Positions 42,066 to 52,984 of a DNA stretch of 64,000 nt are shown in pieces. Within the stretch, counting starts at the first letter, position 1. Each line of letters starts with the position of its first letter. The stretch comes from Halanaerobiales bacterium. Its GTDB lineage: Bacteria > Bacillota > Halanaerobiia > Halanaerobiales > M55B127. The stretch is from contig JAGXLU010000002.1 of the NCBI GenBank assembly GCA_018334565.1, positions 49,466-113,465 of the forward strand, read 5' to 3'. The notes under the pieces are model-generated. The model saw nothing but the letters and a program-made list of their open reading frames with translations, had not been told where the DNA came from and did not search any database. A program made the translations under genes and the position numbers.

Positions 42066-42425
42066 TTGAATGAAATAATATTAAAAGAAAAATTTAAGAA
42101 AATTGATGATTACTGGGATCCCAAAATTGTCGGCGAGGTAAATGATATGTATGTAAAGATTGCAAAAATAAAAGGGGAATTTGAATTTCATACTCACCCT
42201 GAGTATGATGAGTTATTTTATGTTGTTAAGGGAGAGATAACAATGCATTATTCCGAAAGCGAGAGCAAACTTAAAGAGGGTGAGATGGTGATTGTACCAC
42301 ATGGAGTAAAACACAGACCTGCTGCCCAAGAAGAGGCTCACATAATGATGTTTGAGTCCAAAGAAACATTAAATACAGGTGATCAAGAAAATAAGCATAC
42401 TAGAAAAAAACTGGACTGGATTTAA
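42066..42425 (+). CDS. Cupin domain protein
   Basis: WDPKIVGEVN; FHTHPEYDELF; VPHGVKHRP. Confidence 0.9.
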   Translation: MNEIILKEKFKKIDDYWDPKIVGEVNDMYVKIAKIKGEFEFHTHPEYDELFYVVKGEITMHYSESESKLKEGEMVIVPHGVKHRPAAQEEAHIMMFESKETLNTGDQENKHTRKKLDWI

Positions 42426-42505
42426 AAAAGTTGCTTTTAGATAACAGCTTTTAATGATTCATATACTAAAATGTTTTAAATATAAATCATAAAAATAATA
42501 GGAAG

Positions 42506-43000
42506 GTGCTAAAAATTAATAAATATCTAAAAATATTGATATTGGTCTTATTAACTATTTTACTTTTCTCGCTCCCAGTTAGCCAACAAGAAGTTACGAT
42601 ACTTAATGATTATGAATATGGTAATATAAAAAATGTATATCTAATAGAGGATAATAATCAACCTTACAAACTACTTCAAATAATTTCAGTAAAGGGATAT
42701 CATGAACAAATAATAATGTTTCTAGCGCTAGATATGACTAAAGGAAAGATAGATGTCCTGGATATTATTCAAGAAAATGAGAGTTTGGATTATGGTGGTT
42801 ATATTAGTGAAGAGTGGTTTTTAAGTCGTTTTAAAGGTAAAGACATTAATCTTAAATTAAAGTTGGTTAAAATGTCTGCTAAAGAGCCTCAAGAAGTAGT
42901 AGCCGTTACCGGGGCTACTATTAGTAGTAGAGCTGTGGTCGATGGAGTAAATGAGGCATTAGAAAATTATAAAGAGATCCGAGATAGTTTAAATAATTGA
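42506..43000 (+). CDS. FMN-binding (flavinylated) exported protein, RnfG/NqrC-like domain
   Basis: N-terminal TM; KGY; flavinylation motif AVTGATISS. Confidence 0.82.
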   Translation: MLKINKYLKILILVLLTILLFSLPVSQQEVTILNDYEYGNIKNVYLIEDNNQPYKLLQIISVKGYHEQIIMFLALDMTKGKIDVLDIIQENESLDYGGYISEEWFLSRFKGKDINLKLKLVKMSAKEPQEVVAVTGATISSRAVVDGVNEALENYKEIRDSLNN

Positions 43001-43299
43001 TTTATATTAGAGAATGTATGTTTTTCTAATTATATGTTTTAATGTTTAAAAAGAAGTCAACTATAAAGAGGAAAACTTTAAGTTGAAAAAAATTATCTAA
43101 AAATACCTACAGGTCAAATATAGCAGGTAAATTAAGTTTTAAAAAATGCAAAACTGTCTTGATCGAGACCAATTATCTATATTAAATGCTGGTTGGGATT
43201 GCCCTTGAGCACGGTAATTTTTGTATAGATCAGGCAGTCAATGAAAAATGTAATCAAAAGCCATATTTACTGTTAAATAAAAGTTTAGGAGGGAGAAAG

Positions 43300-43584
43300 A
43301 TGTCCATAGTTGATGAATTTAACTTAGAAAAAATTGAAGAAAGTTCAGTCTATGAAATATATGAGGGAGAATATTCATCAGATGAAGAGATTGAAAGAAA
43401 GCTGAAGCTAGCCGGTTACAAATTCATCGGGCAGGAAGAAAAAATTTATCTTACCCGGTACTTTGCTGACGATCTAGAATTACGTATTGCTATTTTAGAT
43501 TCCGGCAACATCAGGATATGGGATTTTGCTTCTGAAGAATACTATGACCAGGAGTTAGAACTTTATAAGAATAATATTCAATAG
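43300..43584 (+). CDS. Small acidic hypothetical protein
   Basis: ATG 43300 follows an AGGAGGGAG RBS (the ORF-track start at 43186 is unlikely); 94 aa. Confidence 0.7.
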   Translation: MSIVDEFNLEKIEESSVYEIYEGEYSSDEEIERKLKLAGYKFIGQEEKIYLTRYFADDLELRIAILDSGNIRIWDFASEEYYDQELELYKNNIQ

Positions 43585-43622
43585 TATAAAAATTATATTA
43601 CCAGAAGATTATGGAGGCTAAT

Positions 43623-44087
43623 ATGTTTAAAAAAATGAGAAAAGATGAAAAACAGCTTGTTGATGATAAGGCCTTTAAAATTTTAAAAGATAATGAATAT
43701 GGGATATTAACAACAATTGGACCCAATCGATATCCATATGGGGTACCGATAAATTATGTAATTATGGATAAAAAAATCTATCTGCACAGTGCACTAAAAG
43801 GACACAAAATAGATAATATAAAACATAATAAAAAGGTATCATTTACCGTTGTGGACAGTTATAAATTAAAACCCAAAAAATTTACGGCCGATTATAAGAG
43901 CGTAATAGTATTTGGCTGTGTTGGGTTTGTGAAAGGAGAATTAAAGAAAAAAGCATTACAGCAGTTTATTTATAAGTTTTCACCTGACTTCAAAAATAAG
44001 GGTTTCCACTACATAGATAGTGATATAGATAAAACTAAAATCATAGAGATAACTATAGAAGATATTAAAGCAAAACAAAACAGTTGA
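43623..44087 (+). CDS. Pyridoxamine 5'-phosphate oxidase / NimA-like flavin-binding protein
   Basis: YGILTT..YPYGVPINY; IYLHSA..GHK; YKSVIVFG. Confidence 0.88.
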   Translation: MFKKMRKDEKQLVDDKAFKILKDNEYGILTTIGPNRYPYGVPINYVIMDKKIYLHSALKGHKIDNIKHNKKVSFTVVDSYKLKPKKFTADYKSVIVFGCVGFVKGELKKKALQQFIYKFSPDFKNKGFHYIDSDIDKTKIIEITIEDIKAKQNS

Positions 44088-44161
44088 ACTTTAAATATTC
44101 TCAATCAAATGGAAATGATATTTTATTAGTTAAAATTAAATCTTTAAGAGAGGTGGAAAAA

Positions 44162-44641
44162 GTGAAAGATTTAACTTATATTTTACTTAAGATGATGGGC
44201 ATATACTTTTTGATAAACCTGATAAGAAGGGGTTTGCTTTCAGGACTTTATTTACTCTTTTCCGGGCAGATGCCTCTGATGAGTAAAATAGGCTATCTTT
44301 TGTCTGGTTTCTTATTTTTCTTGATAATTTATCTCTTGTTATCTAAAACAAGTTATCTGACTGAAATGATTAACAAAGAATTGGATAAAAAATATAAAGA
44401 TAGATTAGAAATTGATATAGAAGGGCTCTATCAAATTTTATTATCACTGACTGGAGTAATAATTTTAGTTATTTCCTTACCCGAGATGGTCAGATATATA
44501 CTGGAAATATTTACTGTTTATCATATATCTTTATTCAAAGAATTACCCCGTTTTATTGCCAAAGTTCTCGAGATATTCTTGGGTTTATATCTGGTTTTTA
44601 AATCTCATAGCTTATCAACTATACTTCTTGAAAAATATTGA
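44162..44641 (+). CDS. Hypothetical membrane protein (about 4 TM)
   Basis: Hydrophobic segments; GTG 44162 follows GAGGTG. Confidence 0.6.
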   Translation: MKDLTYILLKMMGIYFLINLIRRGLLSGLYLLFSGQMPLMSKIGYLLSGFLFFLIIYLLLSKTSYLTEMINKELDKKYKDRLEIDIEGLYQILLSLTGVIILVISLPEMVRYILEIFTVYHISLFKELPRFIAKVLEIFLGLYLVFKSHSLSTILLEKY

Positions 44642-44902
44642 CAGCCAGCGAGAGAAAAATTAATTAGTGTTTATTTAATATGGTTATGAATACAAAAACG
44701 CGGTTAATACGAGTGATGAACAATCAAAAAAGTTATGTATTTTTTTTAAAATTTGTAAAATCCTTACTTTCTTTATTTTAACTAAAAATGATATCCTTAT
44801 TATCAAGGTAAGTATATTACTGAAAAAAGCCTACTTAATCTTAAAGGAGTTTATTTATTTGTCATGCTACGAAATTTAACTAAAAAAGGGGAAATAGTAA
44901 TA

Positions 44903-45556
44903 ATGGAAAAGAATTTTTTTTGTTCATGGAGCGGTGGAAAAGATTCTGCCCTTTCATTGTATAAAGCAGTCGATTTAGGTTGGAAGCCTCAGGCCTTATT
45001 AAACATTTTAAATGAAGATGGGAAAAACTCCCGCTCACATAACTTGCCGCTTTCTATACTAAAAGCCCAAGCTGACTCATTAAACATACCGCTTGTTACT
45101 AAAAATGCCACCTGGGATGATTATGAAAAAATTTTTATTGAGGCTTTAAAAGAATTCAAAAAACAGGGTATAGATTCGGGCGTGTTTGGTGATATTGATA
45201 TTAAAGATCACAGAAAGTGGGAAGAAATGGTATGTGAAAAAGCCGGGCTTAAGGCGCATTTGCCACTCTGGAATCAATCAAGAGAAGAACTTCTTTTTGA
45301 ATTTTTAGATCTAGGTTTTATTACAATGATTGTCGTTGTAAATCAGTCTTATCTCGGAAAAAAATATCTGGGTGAAATCATTGATAAAGAATTGATAGCT
45401 GAATTTAAGAAAATAGGCATTGATCCCAGTGGTGAGAATGGAGAATACCATACAGTAGTTCTGGATGGTCCAATATTTGATCATTTGGTCGAGATTGAAA
45501 AGAAAGACCAAGTTGAAAACAAGGGTTACTATTTTCAAAATTTAAATTTAAAATAA
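44903..45556 (+). CDS. Diphthine-ammonia ligase-like PP-loop ATPase (Dph6/MJ0570 family)
   Basis: SWSGGKDS; VFGDI; PLW; DPSGENGEYHTVVLDGPIF. Confidence 0.9.
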   Translation: MEKNFFCSWSGGKDSALSLYKAVDLGWKPQALLNILNEDGKNSRSHNLPLSILKAQADSLNIPLVTKNATWDDYEKIFIEALKEFKKQGIDSGVFGDIDIKDHRKWEEMVCEKAGLKAHLPLWNQSREELLFEFLDLGFITMIVVVNQSYLGKKYLGEIIDKELIAEFKKIGIDPSGENGEYHTVVLDGPIFDHLVEIEKKDQVENKGYYFQNLNLK

Positions 45557-45579
45557 TTTAAAGAGATGGGGTTGAAATA

Positions 45580-46095
45580 ATGGAAAAAGGATATATCCAT
45601 GTTTATACTGGAAATGGTAAAGGGAAAACGACTGCTTCTTTAGGGCTTGCTTTAAGGTCGGTATGTGCTGGTAATAAAGTTTTTATGGGACAGTTCGTTA
45701 AAAATATGAAGTATAATGAAGCCCGGGCGGGTAATTATTTACCTAATTTTAAAATTGAACAATTTGGAGAGGGGTGCTTTTTTGATAGAAAGCCTGTTCA
45801 AAAAGATATTGAGGCTGCGAAAAGGGGCTTAAAAAAAATAGAAGAGATATTAAAAAAAGGCGAATATGATCTAGTTATCATGGATGAAATAAATATTGCT
45901 ACTCACTATAATTTACTGTCTCCGGATAGGGTTCTACAGGTTATAAAACAGAGAAAAGAAAATGTTGAAGTAGTTTTAACCGGTCGTTATGCCTCTGATC
46001 TTATAATTCGAGAGGCAAATTTAGTCACAGAGATGAAAGAAATCAAGCATTATTATACTCAGGGAGTTAAAGCACGTGACGGGATTGAAAGATAA
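45580..46095 (+). CDS. cobO: CobO/BtuR-type cob(I)yrinic acid a,c-diamide adenosyltransferase
   Basis: HVYTGNGKGKTTA; DLVIMDEI; VVLTGR; VTEMKEIKH..ARDGIE. Confidence 0.92.
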   Translation: MEKGYIHVYTGNGKGKTTASLGLALRSVCAGNKVFMGQFVKNMKYNEARAGNYLPNFKIEQFGEGCFFDRKPVQKDIEAAKRGLKKIEEILKKGEYDLVIMDEINIATHYNLLSPDRVLQVIKQRKENVEVVLTGRYASDLIIREANLVTEMKEIKHYYTQGVKARDGIER

Positions 46096-46116
46096 ATAAA
46101 ATATTTAAGGTGTGGT

Positions 46117-46800
46117 TTGATGAATTTAGCTATTTTTGATTTCAATGGTACCATATTTCCCAAAGAGACGATCCCCTTTCTTTTAAAGACCTGGAAAAAA
46201 CTGAATTATTCAAAATACAGGCTCTACAAATTATATATATGCCTATCCCCTTTAATTGTAAAATACAAATATCCTTTTTTAACGAGTTTGAGTAAAGAGG
46301 AAATGAAGATGAGGTTCATGTATGGGTTCCCTGAAATTTTTGCTAAAATGTCGGAAGATGAAATTGATAGCTATTTTTTTAAGGCGGAACAAAAAGCAGA
46401 ACAGTATTATAATACTTTAGTTATTGAAGAAATAGAAAAATTAAAAAAAAGAGATTTTAAACTGATCTTACTATCAGGTGCATTTATTGAATTATTAGAT
46501 TATGTGGGTGACAGGTTTGGTTTTGATGAGGTGATCGGAAGTACTATTATTACAGACCGTAGAGATGGATTACATGATTTATCTGTCTTAAGTGGTTCGA
46601 AAAAGATAAACGCATTAAAGAAGAAATACAGTTTGCATGATATTGATTGGGATAGTTCCTATGCCTTTGCAGATAGTATCGATGATCTGCAATTACTACT
46701 AACTGTTGGTAATCCGGTTGCTGTAGAACCGGATCAATATTTGCTACAGGAAGCTGAAAAAAATAATTGGAGAGTAATAAATAACAAACGGGAGATTTAA
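46117..46800 (+). CDS. HAD-IB family hydrolase (SerB-like)
   Basis: AIFDFNGTI (second Asp replaced by Asn); LLSGA; YAFADSIDDLQLL..VGNPVAV. Confidence 0.85.
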   Translation: MMNLAIFDFNGTIFPKETIPFLLKTWKKLNYSKYRLYKLYICLSPLIVKYKYPFLTSLSKEEMKMRFMYGFPEIFAKMSEDEIDSYFFKAEQKAEQYYNTLVIEEIEKLKKRDFKLILLSGAFIELLDYVGDRFGFDEVIGSTIITDRRDGLHDLSVLSGSKKINALKKKYSLHDIDWDSSYAFADSIDDLQLLLTVGNPVAVEPDQYLLQEAEKNNWRVINNKREI

Positions 46801-46802
46801 AT

Positions 46803-47045
46803 ATGCATTATGTATATATAGTAAGATGTTCAGACAACACTTATTATACCGGTTATACAAATAATTTAAAACGCAGAATCAATATGCATAATAATGGTGA
46901 AGGTGCTAAATATACGAAAGGGCGCAGGCCGGTTGAGCTGGTTTATGCAAAAGAATATGATTCAAAAAGCAAAGCAATGCAAAAAGAATATCAAATAAAA
47001 CAAATGCCGAGAGAAAAGAAGATAAAATTAATCGAAGAAAGGTAA
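46803..47045 (+). CDS. GIY-YIG nuclease family (UPF0213/YazA-like)
   Basis: YVYIVRCSD.TYYTGYT; GAKYT..RRPV. Confidence 0.92.
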   Translation: MHYVYIVRCSDNTYYTGYTNNLKRRINMHNNGEGAKYTKGRRPVELVYAKEYDSKSKAMQKEYQIKQMPREKKIKLIEER

Positions 47046-47145
47046 ATAAGTTTTATATTTAAGAATATAATTGAAGATCTTGTAATTATATCTATTATTA
47101 ATAATTTAATATAATTGTAAATTCAAGCCTAAGGAGGTTCTCTCT

Positions 47146-47391
47146 ATGAATGAATACAAAAAGATATTGATTTTAGACAATGAAATTGAGGCCAATATTA
47201 TGGAAGATATCTTAAAAGAACGAGAAATACCTCATATAATCCAATCTTACCATGTTCCCGGATATGATGGTGTTTTCCAATTCCACATGGGCTGGGGTCA
47301 CATCGAAGCAAGTCAAGAAAATAAACAAGAAATACTAAAGATATATGAAGATGTAAAAAACAGTTCAAAAGATACAAATCAAAAAAGATGA
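47146..47391 (+). CDS. Small DUF2007-like protein
   Basis: NEIEA..MEDIL.EREIPH.IQSYH..YDG.FQ...GWG. Confidence 0.6.
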   Translation: MNEYKKILILDNEIEANIMEDILKEREIPHIIQSYHVPGYDGVFQFHMGWGHIEASQENKQEILKIYEDVKNSSKDTNQKR

Positions 47392-47497
47392 AAAATTGAG
47401 CAAGATCAACTTAAGTTTAATTGAATAAGCTGTTAAATTTTAAAAATTATTTTATCTGTGTTCGGGTTTGCATATATAAGTTTTGTTTAATAATCCT

Positions 47498-47527
47498 AAT
47501 TCACATAATTTCACATTATTTTGTGAT
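47498..47527 (+). promoter_or_regulatory. Tandem TTCACA repeats, candidate OmpR-family (CssR-like) binding site
   Basis: TTCACA at 47500 and 47510 (10-bp period) plus an inverted TGTGA at 47522, upstream of the operon that ends in the RR/HK pair. Confidence 0.6.
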
Positions 47528-47583
47528 ATTTATTTGATAATTATAAAATAATATTACCTTAATAGAGTGGCGGGAGGAAGAAA

Positions 47584-48648
47584 ATGAGAAAAAGAATTAC
47601 TGTTTTATCAATGACCTTATTAACAATTGTGGTTTTAACACCAACGATTTTTGCCGATACTATTAATCTTAACTTAGAAAAAGCTTATCAGATGACCCTA
47701 GAGGATAATATTTCTTTAAAGATAGCACAAAAGAATTTAAAGAATAAAGAAATTCAGTACAAAAAAAGTAATGCACAAAATCTCTTAAATCAATCCAATT
47801 ACAGTGAAATATCAGCTGAATATAATTTATTGGCAGCTAAAAAGAATTATATAGATACCGCCAACAACCTATTGAAGCAGACTTTACAGCAGTACGGTAA
47901 TATTTTAATAACAGAAAAGAATATCGAGACATATAAAAAGCAGATCACCTTAAACAAAAAGCTGCTGGATGAAGTAAAAGCCCAGTATAATGTAGGTGAA
48001 AAAAGTCAACTGGATATATTAGATCAACAGATAAAGTTAAATGATTTTATACAGGAGAAAAATCAGTTAGAAAATGAATATGAACATTTAAAAACTAAGT
48101 TTAAACAACAGTTAGGTTTAAATAGGGAAACGAGTATCAATCTTAAAGAATTACTTGAACCGGAGTATATAAATTTAAGTGAAGAGGAAATTATAAACAG
48201 TGCATTAAATAATAACTTGAATAGTAAATTAAATGAATTAAATCTGCAGCTGGCTCAAATTGATTATAAGAAAAAGGAAGTAGTTTCTTCTTCAGAGATG
48301 GATATAAACATTGCTAAAAATATGGTAGATGTCGCTGAGTTTGAAATTGAAAAAAGCGAACAGGAAATAAAAAATCAGGCCCGCGATTTCTATAATCAGA
48401 TTAATAATACTAAAAGTAATATCGAACTCCTAAATGATAAGATCAAACAGTCCAATGATACCTATAATATTTTAAAAGAACAGAATAAATCGGGACTTAT
48501 CACAGAAAATGATCTTTATCAGGGAGAAATTTCTGTACTACAGTCTAACCTGCAGTTGTATAATGCTTATATCAACTATTATCTACAAAAACAAAGTATT
48601 GAGCAGTTTATGAACCCGGGAGCAGGGGTGTTAAGAGATGAGCAATAA
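47584..48648 (+). CDS. TolC-like protein, short form (354 aa)
   Basis: Signal peptide; LNLEKAYQMTLEDN; YNVGEKSQLDIL; KSGLITENDL OEP-type helices. Confidence 0.75.
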   Translation: MRKRITVLSMTLLTIVVLTPTIFADTINLNLEKAYQMTLEDNISLKIAQKNLKNKEIQYKKSNAQNLLNQSNYSEISAEYNLLAAKKNYIDTANNLLKQTLQQYGNILITEKNIETYKKQITLNKKLLDEVKAQYNVGEKSQLDILDQQIKLNDFIQEKNQLENEYEHLKTKFKQQLGLNRETSINLKELLEPEYINLSEEEIINSALNNNLNSKLNELNLQLAQIDYKKKEVVSSSEMDINIAKNMVDVAEFEIEKSEQEIKNQARDFYNQINNTKSNIELLNDKIKQSNDTYNILKEQNKSGLITENDLYQGEISVLQSNLQLYNAYINYYLQKQSIEQFMNPGAGVLRDEQ

Positions 48649-50029
48649 AAAACATCGGGTTATATTATCTGTAGTACTATTTATAGTTATATTATTAGCC
48701 TCTACAGCTGTGAAAGCTGCTGACTCTGATTTAAAAAAGCTGTTTACAACAGGACTTGATAATAATTTGGACATCGTCAAATTAGAAAATGAAATATCAA
48801 CCTTAAAAAGGAATTTACAATTAAACAAAGCCAGAACTGACTGGCAGGTAGATGTAGGTGTTAATAAATTAATAGTTGAAGACGATTCCCCTGTATCGAT
48901 GAACAGTGATAAAATAGATTTGTCTACCAATAAAAACTTTCTAAATGATAAAATCAATTTTAGCACAAACGCTAGCTATGATTTTGATGGAACTGAGATC
49001 ATATATGGAGTTAATCTTAATATTAATCTTTTTCCCAATATTCCATCTAAGAGTATAAAGAATTTGATGAATTTAAATAACCAGCTAAATACTAAATTAA
49101 AAGAGCTTTATAGCAAAAAAGCCAAACTTGTTAAGGACTGGCTGGAGAAATACTTACAGTTGGTTAATTTGGATGAGAACATTGATATATTAAATCAAAG
49201 GTTAAAGATAGCCAAAGATAATTATACAGAAATACAGCAGAGCATAGAAATTGATGAAGCAGGCCAGCAAAAATTGTGGGAAGCAGAACTAATATTAAAA
49301 GATGCTGAATATAATCTTACAGATAGTCATCAGCAGTTTAATCAATTAAAGAAAACCTTATTAGTTGCTCTCCAGTTAGACCAGGAAACAGAACTAATTT
49401 TAAACCGAGATGACAGTATTTTAATAAAGTTAAGAGAGTTGACAGAGGTTGTTAATATAGATAATATCGACAGGGAACAAATCCTTGCTCAAATAGTAAA
49501 AACAAGCAGTCAATTTGCAGCCAATGTTAGCCAAAATGAGTATTTAAAACAGGAACTTAAATGGTTAAAAAAGGAAGAGGCTCCAGAAATAACGCTCCAG
49601 AACAATTATAATAGCGAAAGAGAGTTTTCTGCTACACTTAATGTAAACTATAATTTATTTGATAGCGGCATACAGGATATGCAAAAAGAAAATAAGAGGC
49701 TGGAAATAGTTAATAATGAGATCACTTTTGAACAACTTTATGAACAATCAACCAACCGTTTGGATAATATAATAAACCAAATAGAATTAGCTAATTTAAA
49801 TTTAAAAAGAAAACAGTTAAAATACGATAAAGCAGTTCATAACAGTCTGATTGCCTCCCGTCAGTATGAAGCAGGTGCAGTCGAAAAAGAGGTCCTAAAA
49901 AATAGTCTATTATCTGAGAATTCATCTTTAGCAGCACTTAATGGAGCATACGATAATGTATTTTTAAATAAACTGGATATTTTAATATTGACACAACCTG
50001 ATGAAATCATCAAGGAGGTAACCAAATAA
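48638..50029 (+). CDS. TolC-family protein (463 aa)
   Basis: Signal peptide; alternating beta-strand segments; NYNLFDSG; YEAGAV. Confidence 0.75.
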   Translation: MSNKKHRVILSVVLFIVILLASTAVKAADSDLKKLFTTGLDNNLDIVKLENEISTLKRNLQLNKARTDWQVDVGVNKLIVEDDSPVSMNSDKIDLSTNKNFLNDKINFSTNASYDFDGTEIIYGVNLNINLFPNIPSKSIKNLMNLNNQLNTKLKELYSKKAKLVKDWLEKYLQLVNLDENIDILNQRLKIAKDNYTEIQQSIEIDEAGQQKLWEAELILKDAEYNLTDSHQQFNQLKKTLLVALQLDQETELILNRDDSILIKLRELTEVVNIDNIDREQILAQIVKTSSQFAANVSQNEYLKQELKWLKKEEAPEITLQNNYNSEREFSATLNVNYNLFDSGIQDMQKENKRLEIVNNEITFEQLYEQSTNRLDNIINQIELANLNLKRKQLKYDKAVHNSLIASRQYEAGAVEKEVLKNSLLSENSSLAALNGAYDNVFLNKLDILILTQPDEIIKEVTK

Positions 50030-51063
50030 TGAAAAAGATCCTGTTAATTACAGCAGCAGTTATCATAATAGCAGTAGGTGGATACTTTGGTTACAGCAGA
50101 TTTTTTGCAGAAGATTCTACAGAAAACGCCATTAAGATTACCCAACAAAATATCTATAAGGTAAAAACAGGTACTTTAAAAAATACCATCTCAGTTAGTG
50201 GTAATATATATCCAATTGAAGAACAGGGTTTAACATTTTCTACTTCTGGGAAGATAGAGTCCGTTAATATTGAAGATGGTGACAGTGTTTTAGAGGATGA
50301 TATATTGATAGAATTAAAGAATAATCAGGCACAGCTAGAGTATTTTAGAGCTGAAAATAATTATAATAATGCTAAAATAAACGGTTCACCCAATGCGGTT
50401 AAAGAAGCAGAATTGAACTATGAAATCTCTAAAGAAAACTTAGAGAATACTAAGTTAGAAGCCCCCTACTCCGGAGTAATTACAGAGCTGTTAGTGCAAA
50501 CAGGAGATTATATAAATAGTGGTCAAAGTGTGGCAACTTTAATTGACAACTCATCCTATGAAGTAAAGGCAAACATTGATGAAAGTGATTTAGCCGATTT
50601 AAAGATCGGCCAGGATGTTGAAATTAGCATGGAGGCTTTACCCGGGCAACAGCTAACAGGTAAATTAACGGAGATTAGTTCACAGGCAGTGAGCAACAGT
50701 GGGGTTGTAACAATTCCAATAACAATATTGATTGATGAAATTTTTGACTCCTTTAAACCCGGGTTATCAGCCGATATGGAGATTATAGTAGATAAAATGG
50801 AAGATCAAGTGATTATACCATTAACTGCGATCCTCTCTCAAAAGGGGAAAAAGATGGTGCAAAAAGTAGTTGATGATCAAATAGAGATGACAGAAATAGA
50901 CACGGGATTAACAGATGGATTAAAGGTAGCTGTATTGTCCGGTTTAAGTAGTGGAGATACAATTATTTTAAATATTGCAGCTACAGTTAATTCTGAGCTG
51001 TCAAACACAGGATTTATGCCTGCCGGTCGTGGAATGAACGGCCCTCCAGGTGGTGACAAATAA
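50029..51063 (+). CDS. MacA-like periplasmic adaptor
   Basis: N-terminal TM; [13 protein letters not shown]; LEAPYSGVI; IDESDL..LKIGQ. Confidence 0.9.
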   Translation: MKKILLITAAVIIIAVGGYFGYSRFFAEDSTENAIKITQQNIYKVKTGTLKNTISVSGNIYPIEEQGLTFSTSGKIESVNIEDGDSVLEDDILIELKNNQAQLEYFRAENNYNNAKINGSPNAVKEAELNYEISKENLENTKLEAPYSGVITELLVQTGDYINSGQSVATLIDNSSYEVKANIDESDLADLKIGQDVEISMEALPGQQLTGKLTEISSQAVSNSGVVTIPITILIDEIFDSFKPGLSADMEIIVDKMEDQVIIPLTAILSQKGKKMVQKVVDDQIEMTEIDTGLTDGLKVAVLSGLSSGDTIILNIAATVNSELSNTGFMPAGRGMNGPPGGDK

Positions 51064-51739
51064 TATGATAAATATTAAAGATATAGCAAAGACATATCAG
51101 AATGGGGAGATAGAAGTACAGGCCTTAAAAGGTGTATCTTTTGAAATAGAGGAGGGTGAGATGGTTTCGATTATGGGCCCTTCTGGTTCCGGTAAATCGA
51201 CTTTAATGAATATTTTGGGCTGTTTGGATACGGCAACTTCAGGATACTACAGTCTTAATGATCAGGATATATCACAGGCTAGTGAAAAAGAACTAGCTTA
51301 TATAAGAAACAAAGAAGTGGGTTTTGTCTTTCAACAGTTCAATCTATTAGGGCGTAAAACAGTACTTAGTAATGTTGAAGTTCCATTAATATACAGTGGA
51401 GCCAAGAAAAAAAAGAGGATAAAAAGAGCCGAAGATCTTTTAGTCAAAGTTGGTCTAGGTCACAGAATGAAGCATTATCCCAATGAAATATCAGGTGGTC
51501 AAAAGCAGAGAGTTGCAATAGCAAGGGCTTTGGCCAACAATCCTTCTCTGGTTCTGGCAGATGAGCCGACCGGTAATCTGGATACGAACACAGGTGAGGA
51601 GATCATGGACTTATTTCAGCAGTTAAACGATCAGGGCCATACCATTATACTTGTTACACATGAGCATAATATTGCTGCTTATGCTGAAAGAACGATTGAA
51701 TTGATTGACGGCCGTATTCAGCGAGATGTGGTAGCATGA
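51050..51739 (+). CDS. MacB/LolD-type ABC transporter ATP-binding protein
   Basis: GPSGSGKST; [15 protein letters not shown]; [10 protein letters not shown]. Confidence 0.96.
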   Translation: MVTNNMINIKDIAKTYQNGEIEVQALKGVSFEIEEGEMVSIMGPSGSGKSTLMNILGCLDTATSGYYSLNDQDISQASEKELAYIRNKEVGFVFQQFNLLGRKTVLSNVEVPLIYSGAKKKKRIKRAEDLLVKVGLGHRMKHYPNEISGGQKQRVAIARALANNPSLVLADEPTGNLDTNTGEEIMDLFQQLNDQGHTIILVTHEHNIAAYAERTIELIDGRIQRDVVA

Positions 51740-52947
51740 TATTTGAAACCTTCAAAATTGCTATTCAGAGTCTATTTGCAAATAAGCTGAGAACCCTCTT
51801 ATCGATGTTAGGTATCATTATTGGAGTTGCTGCAGTGATTGCTGTGGTATCTATTGCATCAGGTTCACAGGCCCAGATCACGTCACAAATTTCTGATTTA
51901 GGTTCAAATCTAATTAATATTTCACCCGGAATAAGCAGTGGAGCAGGTGGTCAAATAAGTCGTACTTCTGCTGATATATTTACGCTTGATCTGGGTAAGC
52001 ACATTGAAGAAAATAGTCCTAATGTAAAGAGGGTTGTCCCTACAAGCAGTGCCAATGGTTTGTTGATTAAATCCAATAATAATTATAGGGCTACTATTGT
52101 GGGTACAGAGGCTGACTATCAGGTTATTAATAAATATTACCCAGCCAAAGGTATATTTTTCTCTCATTATGATGTTGATAACAGTACAGAAGTTATTGTT
52201 CTCGGGACAGATCTGGTAGAGGAATTATTTCCTGATTCAGAGCCCTTAGGACAATCAGTCAAGTTCAATATAAATAGCAGCACACAGGTTTTTAGAGTGA
52301 TCGGTGTTATGGAAGATAAAGCCAGAGGTCTGATTGGTGATTTAAACAGTCAGGCTTATATTCCGATAACAACATTTATGAATAAGGTTAGCAATAGCAA
52401 TTATGTAAGTAACTTTGTTGCCCAGGCTGTTTCCAGCGAAAATGCTACTATGGCCTTGTATGAAATCGAATATCTTTTGGATAGGTATATTTCTGAAGAG
52501 GATGAATATAATATTTTCAGCCAGGACCAATTATTGGATACAATTAATAGTGTGACAAACACTTTAAAATTAATGTTAATCGGTATCGCAGGCATATCAC
52601 TTTTAGTGGGCGGTATTGGTATTATGAATATAATGTTAGTTTCTGTTACGGAAAGAACCAGAGAAATAGGGATCAGAAAAGCCCTGGGAGCTAAAAAAAG
52701 CAATATACTTTTTCAGTTTATCATGGAGGCCTTAGCCTTAAGTAGTGTGGGCGGTATTATAGGTATTTTTTTAGGTGGTCTGGCTTCGTATTCAATATCT
52801 CAAATTGGAGGCTGGCCCTTTGTAATGTCCACACTAACAGTTTTGATAGCTTTCACATTTTCGCTTTTTGTAGGGATGTTTTTCGGAATTTATCCCGCTT
52901 ACAGGGCATCTAAATTAAATCCGGTTGATGCACTAAGTTATGAATAG
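51736..52947 (+). CDS. MacB/FtsX-type ABC transporter permease
   Basis: [15 protein letters not shown]; [28 protein letters not shown]. Confidence 0.96.
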   Translation: MIFETFKIAIQSLFANKLRTLLSMLGIIIGVAAVIAVVSIASGSQAQITSQISDLGSNLINISPGISSGAGGQISRTSADIFTLDLGKHIEENSPNVKRVVPTSSANGLLIKSNNNYRATIVGTEADYQVINKYYPAKGIFFSHYDVDNSTEVIVLGTDLVEELFPDSEPLGQSVKFNINSSTQVFRVIGVMEDKARGLIGDLNSQAYIPITTFMNKVSNSNYVSNFVAQAVSSENATMALYEIEYLLDRYISEEDEYNIFSQDQLLDTINSVTNTLKLMLIGIAGISLLVGGIGIMNIMLVSVTERTREIGIRKALGAKKSNILFQFIMEALALSSVGGIIGIFLGGLASYSISQIGGWPFVMSTLTVLIAFTFSLFVGMFFGIYPAYRASKLNPVDALSYE

Positions 52948-52984
52948 CCGATAATAATAATAAATCTTTTTGGAAGGTGTAAAT

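Noticed and set aside
43170-43235. SAM-I or THF riboswitch
   Set aside because: Only a fragmentary resemblance (GGGATTGCCC); other conserved core elements are missing and the downstream gene is unrelated. Kept only as an unassigned structured-RNA candidate.
46803-47045. GIY-YIG protein as a homing endonuclease or defence nuclease
   Set aside because: It matches the small, widespread stand-alone UPF0213 type, with no intron or defence context.
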